Shown: positions 25,613-37,329 of the stretch, piece after piece
Layout: the number at the start of each line of letters is the position of its first letter
Numbering within the stretch: the first letter of the stretch is position 1
Source of the DNA: Leucoraja ocellata
Taxonomy: Eukaryota
NCBI GenBank assembly: GCA_036785375.1
Contig: JAWMAR010000377.1
Coordinates: 1,736,001-1,800,000, forward strand
DNA: 64,000 bases
Reading direction: 5' to 3'
The notes under the pieces: model-generated
Databases searched by the model: none
Told to the model about the DNA's origin: nothing
The model's input: only the letters and a program-made list of their open reading frames with translations
Position numbers and translations under genes: made by a program

Positions 25613-27973
25613 AAAAGCCAACCGTAGGTACTCGGGGCATCAGGTAAGTCGGGACGTTTTTTCAGCATGTTGAAAAATGGCCACGAGTAAAAAAATAGCC
25701 CCGAGTACCTACGGCTGGCATCTCCGTGTTTGAATTAAGGGGAAAACTCGGGAGAAATTGTGAGTAACTTGGGAAAGTGGGACAGTGGCTTAAAGCTTTT
25801 GACTGGAAGACAATATGATTAAAGAATAAAATTATTTTTAAAGTGGGCATACATTTAAGGGTTCAAAAGGGTATTGGAGCAGATATTTAATTCAAAGTCA
25901 AGTAGTAATTTGATATAAAAGAAAAAAACTACAAAACTGAAGATAAACTAAACCTGTGTTATTTGTGAAAATCAATAAGATAGCAAGCAGGGAGATAACA
26001 ATGGAGAAGAAGATAGGGAAGAGACAAATGGAATTCAAGCTGAAGAAGTATCAAATGGAAAGGAATCCATGATATGAATCTAAAAAGTATGGAAAGATAC
26101 AGGGATTCATGTCCAGGAATGCCTGAAGGGAGCACGGCAAATATCTTTTATTAGCCAAACACAGAACATAAATAATCAGAAAAAAAACTGAAGCTACTCG
26201 CAGATCTTTGCAAATGTTTCTTATAAACTGGTTACCAACAATCGAGAATATACTCATATAATTTATGTTGCACTACTTTTATAGTTATTTAGAAAAGATT
26301 ATCTTAATTTTCAGTAATATAAGTTTATTATTTAGGGGGCTTAACTAACTATGATATATGGTTGATTGTTCAATCTAAACACACACCTATATCATCTAAT
26401 TATTTCATGTGTGCTTGCTCATCTTTTTGCTAACCTTTTTTTGGCAAAAACTGGATTCAAATCTTATTTCTTTTTTCAGAGAAACATAGTAAATAGGTGC
26501 AGGAGTAGCCCATCCGGCCCATTGAGCCAGCACCGCCATTCAATATGATCATGGCTGATCATCCTAAATCAGTATCCCCATACCCCTTGATTCCGTTAGC
26601 TCTAACAGCTTTCTCCCCATACCCCTTGATTCCGTTAGCTCTAACAGTTTCCTCTTTTTTTCTTCATTTGTTCCTGAGGATTGAGGGCGACTTGCTTCCA
26701 CTCCAGTTCTGTGGATTCTTTGGTGGCTAATGGACCAAATGTGGAATCTGCAGACTGCTATTTGGGACAGGATGTGCTTCCTGGGGAGGCAGGTCCATGA
26801 GTTCATGTCATAGAAGCAGAATTAGGCAATGTGGCGGATCGTCTACTCTGCCATGATCATGGCTGATCTATTTTTCCTTTGCAAATCCATTCTCCTGCCT
26901 TCTCCTGTAACCTTTGACGCCCTTGCTAATCAAGAACCTGTCAATCTCCATCTTAAAAATACCCAATGACTTGGCCTTCACAGCCGTCTGTGGCAAGTTT
27001 CAAGGTGGTGTATTTGTTTTGCTGTTATTACTTAGCTTGTTGGAAAATGTGATGATTTTAGTTCCCAATGTTTCTCTATTTTGAACGGTCGCGGGCCAAT
27101 TTACATGTTTTCAAAAAAGTCTAAGGTAGCATTTTGAATCATTTCCAGGTAACTGTTTACCATGACAGCTCTCAGAAATAGAGGAGTTTGTTTTGAAGTC
27201 CGGAGTTCAACATGAATCCAACAGAATATAACTCTTTGTATTGGTGATGTTGTTCGGGAATAAGATGCTGATATTAATTTTCTTGTCCTGCTGATGGTTT
27301 GGAGCATTTTGCAAAAAGCTATCTCTTCAGTACTTTGATATGTCTGCCATAGGTAGTTCTAGACTCAGAAACATATTGGCAAGCAAGGATCACTGCTGCC
27401 CAATGGATCATGAGTATTGCCAGGATTTTGCCATAAATGCCATGTGTCTTTTCATGCCTTTTTTGATGATTACTGGAAGATAATGCCTTTTTCACGATTG
27501 AGTGCCTAAATCAGCCTTTTTTTGCCGTTTTAACGTAACTTACAAGAAAATTTGCACCACCGGGGTGAAACCCGGCTGTAAGTGGGTGTTAAGTAGTGAT
27601 TGGGGAAGAGTAGGTGGGGAAGGGTCCAGTCTTTTCAAACTGGAGTCAAGCTGTGAGTAGGTGTGAAGTGTTGGTTGGGGTTACCAGGGTTAAGTTTCTG
27701 TTTATCGAAACTGCAGTAGAACTCGTTCAGGTCGTTGACAACAACTTCAACTGTTGTGCAGAAAATTAGAGATGAAGTTGCATGCAACAAAATATGGATC
27801 TCAATAGACGAGATAACTGATGCTGTGGGGAGATATGTTGCCAATGTGGTCATTGGTGCACTGGAGGCAGGTCAACCATCAATGAAGTATTTCTTGACAT
27901 CGGAAGTATTGGAGAAGTCAAAGGGCTGAACTATTGCTCAGTTGTTTACATCTTCACTTGCTGTACTTTGTAC

Positions 27974-29248
27974 CAAAGATCCTATAGCAGAGCAAGATAG
28001 GCTACTCCTGCGCAATGCAATGGGCTGACGTGTAGTACGCTACGGAGGGGATCCTGGGCATTTTTCCCCGCCCATGTTAGTAACCGGAGCCTACCTGACC
28101 CGACCCGACTCGCAGGTAATCAATGTTGCGGGGGAACAGTTTGTGTGTGTGTGATATAGGGTTAGATTCATAATTCTGTCAGTTCATACTTCTGTTAATT
28201 CTTGTCTAGAATAAAATTTGACTCTGGTAATTGTCTTTTGTAATGTTTTTTAAATCATTTCTTTTTAAATGGCTCATAAGCTGTGTTTGAGTTGATTTTG
28301 TAGTAACCGGAACCTACCCGACCCGACCCGACCCGACTCGCAGGGTAATCAACGTTGCGGGGGAACAGTTTTTGTGCGTGATATAGGGTTAGATTCATAA
28401 TTCTGTTAGTTCATAATTCTGTTAATTCTTGTTAAAGAATAAAATGTTTATAAACACACATACATGAATGTGATATAAATGTATGTAATCATATAACACA
28501 CACAATTATATTTCTGATTTTTATATCCAATGATGAACTTTATTTCAGACTAGACAAGGGACATTACATAATAAACATTGTAAACCTCCCCGCAACTTCA
28601 CACACACTAGGCCCTATCCCATCCCTCAACTCTTCCCCCCCCCCCCCCCCCAGCACTCCCTCGCTTCCCCACCCCCCACTACAATGTCTCCCCCCATCCT
28701 ATGCTGTAGTCCCTTAACCCACCAGCCCCCCAACCCCACATCTCTCCCCATGCTCTCTGCACCCCGGCCCCTACCCCACCTCTCTCCCAAAGATCTTATA
28801 GCGGAGCTCCGCTATAAGATCTTTGCTCTCTCCCTCCCCCAGCCCGGCCCGGCCCTATCCAACCCTCCTGCGCCACCACTACCCCACTTGCATTACTCCC
28901 CTCCTCTCTCCCCGCTCGCTGCCCCAGGCCACGCACCTCCTCTCCCCGCTACACGGGCCGCGCACCTCCTCTCCCCGCTGCCCTGGGCCACGCACACCCT
29001 CTCCCCGCTGCCCCAGACCGCGCACCCTCTCTCCCCGCCCAAGTCAAAGACTTGTGAAGATACGGGAGTGGAGGCGGAAGTAAAGATCCGATCTTTGGCC
29101 GGAAGCAAGATGGCGAAGCAAGATGGCGGAACATGATGGCGGAGGCTGGTTGCTAAAATGGGTCCTATAATAATCCATGAATCTGCCCATGACCGTACTA
29201 CGTGTTTTGCGTAGGAGTAGGCCATCTTGCTCTGCTATAAGATCTTTG
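27974..29248. mobile_element. Non-autonomous hAT-type element, 1275 bp, 8-bp TSD
   Basis: TIR caaagatc(c/t)tatagcagagcaagat extending imperfectly to ~40 bp. Exact TSD ctttgtac at 27966-73 and 29249-56. Internal ~140-bp duplication and a ~28-bp minisatellite. Confidence 0.93.
28788..28825. mobile_element. 38-bp TIR-only palindromic insert with 8-bp TSD
   Basis: caaagatcttatagcggag|ctccgctataagatctttg is a perfect palindrome, with ctctctcc on both sides. Confidence 0.85.
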
Positions 29249-30225
29249 CTTTGTACTTAAACTTCCTGGCGATATAGGTGAAGACATACAAGGAAAATGT
29301 GAGTGGGAGATTTTAGCTAACAAAAATCTTGAAGAAATACAAAACATAGTTAAAGTTCTCAAAGGTAGTTGTAATGCACAAGATATCGACATGAATGTAG
29401 AGTTTGTAGCTTTTTTCAGGTATGCACCAGTGACCTCAGCTGGGGTAGAAAGTTTTTCACAACTGTAGCATATTCTGTCTGACAGATGGCAGAGTTTAAC
29501 ACCAGATAATTTGAGAAAATGGTTGTAATTATGTGGAACCAGGCAATTTGGTCATTTAATGTAGTATATAATTATCATTTTAAACCATATTTTGGTGGTG
29601 GAAATACATGCATTTTTATGCCTTTTTTGTCAATAAATGCCTTTTTCGTGCCTTTTTTTGTAATTTTATTATGCCTTTTTGCCTGCCTATTTCAGATATT
29701 TTTAGCGCCTAAACATCCTGGTTCTAATCATGAGCTTTGCACTGTTATTGATCTTCAAATGCTATTTTCTTCAAACTGCCAATGTTCTATGCCACAGGTC
29801 GATATAGAAAGTGGTCTGCATTTTCCATGGTTTTGTCTGAACCTTTGCTGTCACGAGACAATGTTGTACAGTGGGGGATGATTTGTAAAGGATTTGATTT
29901 GCCTTGTAAGTTTCTTGCGCAAGTTAAGTCTCTTATACTTCAATGATGAAATCATGATGACTTGACTGTAGCTTCTGAACGTGTGCATATTGTTTGTTTA
30001 CCACAGTTTGATGATTCATTTTGGGATACCTTGGTTCTGGAGTGGAGGTGATGGAGGTAAAATATTTTCCCATTTGTTTTGCCAGAAAGCTAAGAGATGA
30101 GGTGCAGCACTGCAGCAAGAAAGATTGAGGTATATATTGGGGTTTTGCTTGACACCACTCTGCATTACAGTTCATGGATTGTTTAGTCAAAATCATAGCT
30201 TGCATATTATCATATAGCATACATA

Positions 30226-31764
30226 AAGTGCCCTCCATAATGTTTGGGACAAAGACCCATCATTTATTTATTTGCCTCTGTACTCCACAATTTGAGATTT
30301 GTAATAGAAAAAAATCACATGTGGTTAAAGTGCACATTGTCATATTTTAATAAAGGCCATTTTTATACATTTTGGTTTCACCATGTCGAAATTACAGCAG
30401 TGTTTATACATAGTACGCCAATTTCAGGGCACCATGATGTTTGGGACAACTGGCTTCACAGGTGTTTGTAATTGCTCAGGTGCATAATAACTGCCTCCTT
30501 AATGCAGGTATAAGAGAGCTCTCAGCACCTAGCCTTTCCTTCAGTCTTTCCATCACCTTTGGAAACTTGCAGTTTATCAACATGAGGATCAAAGTCAAAA
30601 AAGCCATTATGAGACTGAGAAACAAGAATAAAACTGTTAAGAGACATCAGCCAAACCTTCGGTTTACCAAAATCAACTGTTTGCAACATCATTAGGAAGA
30701 AATACTGGTGAGCTTACTAATCGCAAAGGGACTGGCAGGCCAAGGAAGACCTCCACAGCTGATGACAGAATAATTCTCTCTATAATAAACAAAAATCCCC
30801 AAGCACCTGTCCAACAGATCAGAAACACTCTTCAGGAGTCAGGTGTGGATTTGTCAATGACCACTGTCCGCAGAAGTCTTCATGAACAGAAATACAGAGG
30901 CTACACTTTGCTTAAAAGAGCAACCACAGTTCTGGAAAAAGGTCTTGTGGACAGATGAGACGAAGATTAACATATCAGAGTGAAGGCAAGAGCAAAGTAT
31001 GGAAGAGAGAAGGAACTGCTCATGATTCAAAGCATACCACCTCATCTGTGAAACACGGTAGTGGGGGTTATGGCCTGGGCATGTATGGCTGCTGAAGGTA
31101 CTGGCTCACTTATCTTCATTGATGATACAACTGCTGATGGTAGTAGCATAATGAATTCTGAAGTGTATAGACACATCCGCTCAAATTCAAACAAATGCCT
31201 CAAAACTCATTGGCTGGCGGGTCATTCTACAGCAAGACAGTGATCCCAAATATACTACTAAAGCAACAAAGGAGTTTTTCAAAGCTAAAAAATTGTTAAT
31301 TCTTGAGTGGTTAAATCAATCACCCGATCTTTAATATGCTGAAGAGAAAACTGAAGTGGACTAGCCCCCAAAACAAGCATAAGCCAAAGATGGCTGCGAT
31401 ACAGGCCTGGCAGAGCATCACCAGAGAAGACACCCAGCAACTGGTGATGTCCATGAATCGCAGACTTCAAGCAGTCATTGCATGCAAAGGATATGCAACA
31501 AAATACTAAACATGACTACATTCCTTTGCATGACATTGCTGTGTCCGAAACATTATGGTGCCCTGAAATGTGGGGACTATGTATAAGCACTGCTATAATT
31601 TCTACATGTTGAAACCAAAATGTATAAAATGGCCTTTATTAAAATCTAACAATGTACACTTTAACCACATGTGATTTTTTTTTCTATTACAAATCTCAAA
31701 TTGTGGAGTACAGAGGCAAACAATGAATTAAAGGTCTTAGTCCCAAACATTGTGGAGGGCACTG
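30226..31764 (+). mobile_element. Near full-length Tc1 transposon with long IR/DR-type TIRs; transposase disrupted
   Basis: About 220-bp TIRs, (c)agtgccctccataatgtttgggaca with an inner repeat cagggcaccatgatgtttgggaca. Transposase remnants GRPRKTS, WKKVLWTDETKI, VKHG.G.VMAW and QQDSDPK. Confidence 0.92.
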
Positions 31765-32154
31765 TGGAAAGGATACAAATTTCCATGAGCAACCAAATGT
31801 GAGGTGAGCAGTCCTCATTAACAGAATCAGAGGTCAAACAAGCCCTTGTGTATTGGTTAATGCTGCCCACTGCATTTCTCTTGGTGTTCATGAAAAGTGC
31901 TCTCCTTATGCCACTTGTCTCAGGAGCGTCTGCCACTGGGAGGAGATGGTTTGGAAGGATCTTTATGATGATTTGCCCTGTGGTATGTAGCACAAAGACC
32001 CCTTTGCAGTGATTGCAATCAGGTTTGTCTCTTTTTATGAAGATGCCCATAACTGTGGTGTCTGAGGCAACCCAATACATCCTGTTCTTACCAGGCATGG
32101 ATGATGATGTTGTGAATTTGTGAAATTCAAGAATAACACCATCTAGCTTCCAGA

Positions 32155-32440
32155 GGGCGGTGCAGTGGCACAGCAGTAGAGTTGATGCCTTACAGCGCCA
32201 GAGACCTGGGTTCGATCCTGACTATGGATGCTGTCTGTACGGAGTTTGCATGTCCTCTCCCCGTGACCTCATGGGTTTTCTCTGGGTGCTCTGGCTTCCT
32301 CCCAATTCTAAAGATTTATGGGTTGTAGGTTAATTGGCTTCTGCAAATTGTCCCCAGTGTGAAGGATAGAAATAATGTATGGGTGATTTGCTGGTCGGCA
32401 TGGACTCGGTGCACCAAAGAGCCTGTTTCTACTCTAAAAC
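32155..32440 (+). mobile_element. tRNA-derived HE1-like SINE
   Basis: A/B boxes (gtggcacagcagtag, ggttcgatcc) and the same body as 25303-25612. Confidence 0.85.
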
Positions 32441-33859
32441 ACGAAACCTCTGTTAACATATGAACCTTTAAACTTTTTAGTTCTTCGGAGTGGGGGTGAA
32501 AATATGATAACTACTGGACAAGATATACCGTATGTATTTGAGGTAAATTTAACAACACCCACATTGACAGGCGAAGATAAATACTTTGAAAGATGGTGGA
32601 AGTTGTGTGGAAGAACAGAAATACCCAAATATACTGAGAGTGGTGACGGTAATAAATGCAGAACATGCTAAGGAGCTGAGATAATGGGACCTCGTATCTA
32701 ATTCAGATACAAACTGAAAATGAGAAGACACCAAAAGCCCTATGAATACTATTTTGAACTAACAGCATTGTTGTTACATTTTCTGGCAACAATTAACATA
32801 ACAAAATCATTCTCTAACACAAAATATTCAATTATAGGCAAACACAATATGTATGCCAACAATTGCTGTTTTTAAAAACGTATATAAAATGTATCAGAAT
32901 TTTTTTGTAATGGAACTTGAGACTAATCACAGCACTCCCTCATAATTTAATAACAAGAACCACCCATAAATCATACACAATTAAATACAATTCTCCATAA
33001 TTAGATAATGTGTGTATTATTTCAAATTACTTGTTATAGCATTACCTATAATACACTTAAAATAAATGCATTAATTATGTCTTTTGCTAAAACGTGGCCT
33101 TTGGCAATTTTTTTATTGAACAATATAACAGCTTATAGGAGAGGGCACAGCAAGAGTTATTGACGATGCTATTTAAACAATTGATGCAATTCATATACGA
33201 AATAAAAGGCTCAAATGTATTCCCTTAAGAGGCTCTGCAGATACGCACTACAAAACCAATTCTCACTGGTAATGTTAACCCATCAATTACTAGGTCAATT
33301 GGCTTCATAAAGTTTTTAAAACCAAATAATAAATTGACAACAAAAAGGAGTAAGCCACTTGAACCTATGCAGTTACTTCAATAGATCTGCACCCTAACCA
33401 TAACCAGACCCACTTAGCTAAAAAAAATTCAACCTCAAATTTTATACATATTAAACCACCACCACTCAAGTGAGGTTTTCCCAATTTATCTTCTGAACAG
33501 CAAGGCTTTGATTTTAAAGGTACATCCCTTTGACCTAAACTCTAATGCTAGCAAAATGTTTCTCTTATCTGTGATTGTAATACCTTTTCCTTAATTGAAT
33601 TGGAGGCAATGTTCATAACATAAATGAATTCAACCTGCAGTTTGATACTGAGAAACTGAAATCGGATGTATCGGTATTACTGTTGAGTGATGGTAACCAC
33701 AGAGACAATGAGGGAAGAGTTGGATATAACTGATTGGAAGAGGATCTCAGCAGGAATGATGGTGGAGCAGTAATAGCAGGAGTTCCTGGGAGTAATTTGG
33801 AAAACACAGGATCTTTTCACCTCAACGAGGGAGAAACATACTAAGAGGAGAACCAACCA

Positions 33860-34935
33860 ATCTCCTTCTACTAATACTCTCCTCCGCCTAGCAGAGCTGG
33901 TCCTTACCCACAACAACTTTTCCTTTGACTCCTCCCATTTCCTCCAAATCCAAGGCATAGCTATGGGCACGTGCAAGGGCCCCAGCTATGCCTGCTTCTT
34001 TATAGGGTACGTCGAACAACCCCTGTTCGAGGCTTACCGTGACCCTATCCCCGAACTCTACCTCCGCTACATTGACGACTGCATTGGTGCTACCTCCTGC
34101 ACCCATGCAGAACTCACTGACTTCATCCATTTAACCATTAATTCCCATCCGGCACTCAAATGCACCTGGACCATTTCCGACATCTCCCTACCATTTCTAG
34201 ATCGCACCATCTCCATCGCAGGCAACAGACTACTGACCGACATCTGCTACAAACTCACTGACTCCCATAGCCATCTGGACTACACTTCTTCACACCCTGC
34301 TTCCTGTAAGGACTCTATCCCATACTCCCAATTCCTCCATCTACGCTACATCTGCACCCAGGATGAGGTGTTCCAGACCAGGGCTTTCGGAGATGTCCTC
34401 ATTGTTTAGCGAACAGAGTTCCCCTCTTCTATTATAGATGAGGCTCTCACCAGGGTCTCCTCGATATCCCGCAACTCCGCTCTTACTCCCCACCCCTATT
34501 CGTATCAAGGACAGAGTCTCCCTTGTCCTCACCTTCCACCCCCATCAGCCATCGCATACAACATATAATCCTCCGACATTTTCGCCACCTCCAACGGGAT
34601 CCCACCACTGGCAGCATCTTCCCATCTCCTCCCCTTTCTGCTTTCCGCAGAGACCGTTCCCTCCGTAACTCCCTGGTCAATTCGTCCAAAACCACCTCCT
34701 CCCCGGTGCTTTCCCTTGCAACCGCAGGAAATGCTACACTTGTCACTTTACCTCCCCCCTTGACTTCATTCAAGGACCCAAGCAGTCTTTCCAGGTGAGG
34801 CAGAGGTTCACCTGCGCCTCCTCCAACCTCATCTACTGTATCCGCTGTTCCAGGTGTCAACTTCTCTACATCGGCGAAACCAAGCGCAGGCTCGGCGATC
34901 GCTTCGCCCAACACCTCCACTCAGTTCGCACTAAC
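33860..34935 (+). pseudogene. Penelope-like element RT plus GIY-YIG endonuclease fragment
   Basis: NNFSF..HFLQIQGIAMGT..GPSYA, YLRYIDD, LPFLD and YTSSHP...KDSIPYSQ, then FTCASSNLIYCIRCSRCQLLYIGETKRRLGDRFAQHL. Confidence 0.93.
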
Positions 34936-35968
34936 AAAGACAACTAAAAAGCAATAGGGAGAAAAGATTGTACTTATTTTAGTTTTGGTTTAGTTTCAAA
35001 TCACAGCCTGGAAACAGGCCCTTCGGCCCATTGGCCACAGAGTAAATGGAACACAACGTAGGTGTCATACACTTAGGTAGAAAGAATAAAAGCATTTTCT
35101 AAATGGGGAGAAGTTTCAGAAATTGGAGGTGCAATTTGCGGAATCTAACTTTTTAAAAATGAGCTGAATCAGAAAATTGAGGGTGAGAATAAGTTCCACC
35201 GGTTTGGCAAAAGTGTTAGTTGAGAGGAACTGGTTGAATCTCTGATCTAGGAAGATGCCTTCCTGATAAGGAATGGAACCGTAAAGGGACTGGTATCAAT
35301 GGTAAAGATGAGGTGGTCGAGGCCCAGGAAGTTGGAGAAAGTGTTGGAGAACATATAAATAGTCCCAGATGTAGGTGGGAAAGGATTGAACAAGGAGGGG
35401 ACAAGATAGAGTCATGGGATCAGAATATAAGTTCAGAGGGGCAAGAACAGGTGGAAACAAAGGCCTGCCAGAGTGGTCCTAGAACATTGAACATGGAGCC
35501 TAGAGCAGTACAGCACAGGAACAGGCCTTTGGCTCACAATGTCCACACCAAACATGACGTCAGGTTAATCTAATCTCCTCTGTCTGCATTTGATCTATAT
35601 CCTTCCATTCCCTGCATATCTATGTGCCCATCTAAAAGCCACAATCATATCAGCCCCATCACCACCCCTGGGAGCAGCTTCCAGGCACCCACCACTCTCT
35701 GTGTAAAAAACTTTCCCCACACATTTCCTTTAAATTTAGCTGTTCTCACCCTAGAGCTATGCCCTATATTTGACATTTCCACCCTAAGAAAAAGGTTCTG
35801 AGTGTCTACACTATCTATGCCTCTCGTACTATACTTCTATCAGGTCTCCTCTCAGCCTCTGAAGCTCCAGCAAAAACAATTACCTGTTTGTGAATCTTGG
35901 GTAGGAAACAGAAACACCGCAGTTGGAGAACTATCAGGTTGGGGGCTGTAGAAGGGAGATTGCTGTAA

Positions 35969-37155
35969 GTCTGAAGAAGGGTCTCGACCCAAAACGGCGC
36001 CCATTCCTTCTCTCCAGAGATGCTACCTCAACTGCTGAGTTACTCCAGCATTTTGTGTCAACCTTCGCTGTAAGCGACAAGGTCTGTGATGGTTTGGGAG
36101 ACGGAATCGTTTTGTTCCTCAGTGGGGTAATTATCAAAATGTCGGTATGGGAAGTGACCTTGCTGAGGTTAGATGCAAGCTCTTTGACACCTCCTCATAT
36201 CTATCCCTTGCTTACTATCACTAGTAGCAATATTTGTGAAACTGAATTCAAACCATAATTGTCACACTGATAGAAACACAGGCTTGCATTTTAAGCGCCT
36301 TAGGCATCAAACATTACAATACCTTACACAGACAATAAATTCCGTTATTAGGGAGACAAATGTGCCTGTCAACGTCTCATGAGATGTTTTCATTTTAAAT
36401 GTGTCTCAGTTGCCTTGGTATATAGCGCTATTATAGACTCACTTGTCAATGTCCTTAGTAAGGAATAGATTCATTTAATAAAGCAATTGTGTTGTTTTAA
36501 AGTTTCCCTGTAATCCGTTATAAATGATTTTACGAAGGATCCAGATCGTCCTGAATGACAGTGCATTGTCAACCCAAGAGCATTGTTGTGAAGATAGACA
36601 CAAAATGCTGGAGTAACTCCAGTGGACCAGGCAGCATCTCTGGAGAGACAGAATGGGTGATGTTTTGGGTCGAGACCCTTCCTCAGGCTGTTTCTGCCTG
36701 ATTCTGCCCCACTTAAATGGAGGAGCATCACCTCATATTTCGCTTGCGCAGCTTTCAACCCAGCGGTAAGAATATTGATTTCTCGGACTTCAAGTAACCT
36801 GTGCATCCCCTCTCTCCGTCCCTCCACCATTTCATTGTCAATAATTCGTTTTCACCTAGCCCACAGCAAACAATGGACCATTTCCTTGATCATGTCACTT
36901 TTTTTTGCACATCTTTCAACTCTTTGTTCTATATCTCGTCATCTATATCTGTCATTTCTCTTTCCCCTGAACCTCAGTCCGAAGAAGGGTCTCGACCTGA
37001 AACGTCCTCTATTCAGATACAAAAATGCTGGATTAACTCAGCGGAGCAGACAGCATCTCTGGATAGGAATGGGTGACGTTTTGGGTCAACATCCTCGATT
37101 CCTTCTCTCCAGAGATGCTGCCCGTCCGGCTGAGTTACTCCAGCACTCTGTGCCT
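35969..37155. mobile_element. Cluster of Penelope-derived repeats in alternating orientation with hammerhead-like cores
   Basis: Cores at 35969-36002 (+), ~36655-36690 (-), 36976-37008 (+) and ~37070-37095 (-, partial). PLE C-terminal remnant at ~36710-36800. Confidence 0.75.
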
Positions 37156-37329
37156 ATTTCCATTGAATTAATTTCCACATACCTCGACTCCATCCTTTCC
37201 TCTCCCCTCCCAACTAGTCCTCTCGACCTGTGTCCAAGTATATTTTACGCTTGCCTAAGCATTGTTGTGAGACGTGTGTGTTTTGATGTGGGTTAGTGAG
37301 CTGCCATTGAGCGCCAGCTGCTGGCGCAG

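Larger units (their letters stand above)
27421..29727 (+). mobile_element. Decayed hAT transposon with CGGBP1-like transposase, split by a younger insertion
   Basis: KIWISIDEITDAVGRYVANVVIG (27735-27929). After the insertion, FRYAPVTSAGVE.SFS...LSDR...LT..NL resembles the hAT dimerisation region (~29410-29520). Subterminal atgcc(t)n repeats at both ends. Left boundary approximate. Confidence 0.75.

Noticed and set aside
26573-26647. ~38-bp tandem duplication
   Set aside because: Ordinary slippage inside a CR1 tail.
27101-27307. 68-aa ORF as a host gene
   Set aside because: Looks like a decayed RTE-type LINE 3' region.
33600-33810. Possible host exon
   Set aside because: The plus frame resembles a decayed LINE endonuclease (GY...D...GG.V) and contains a stop codon.
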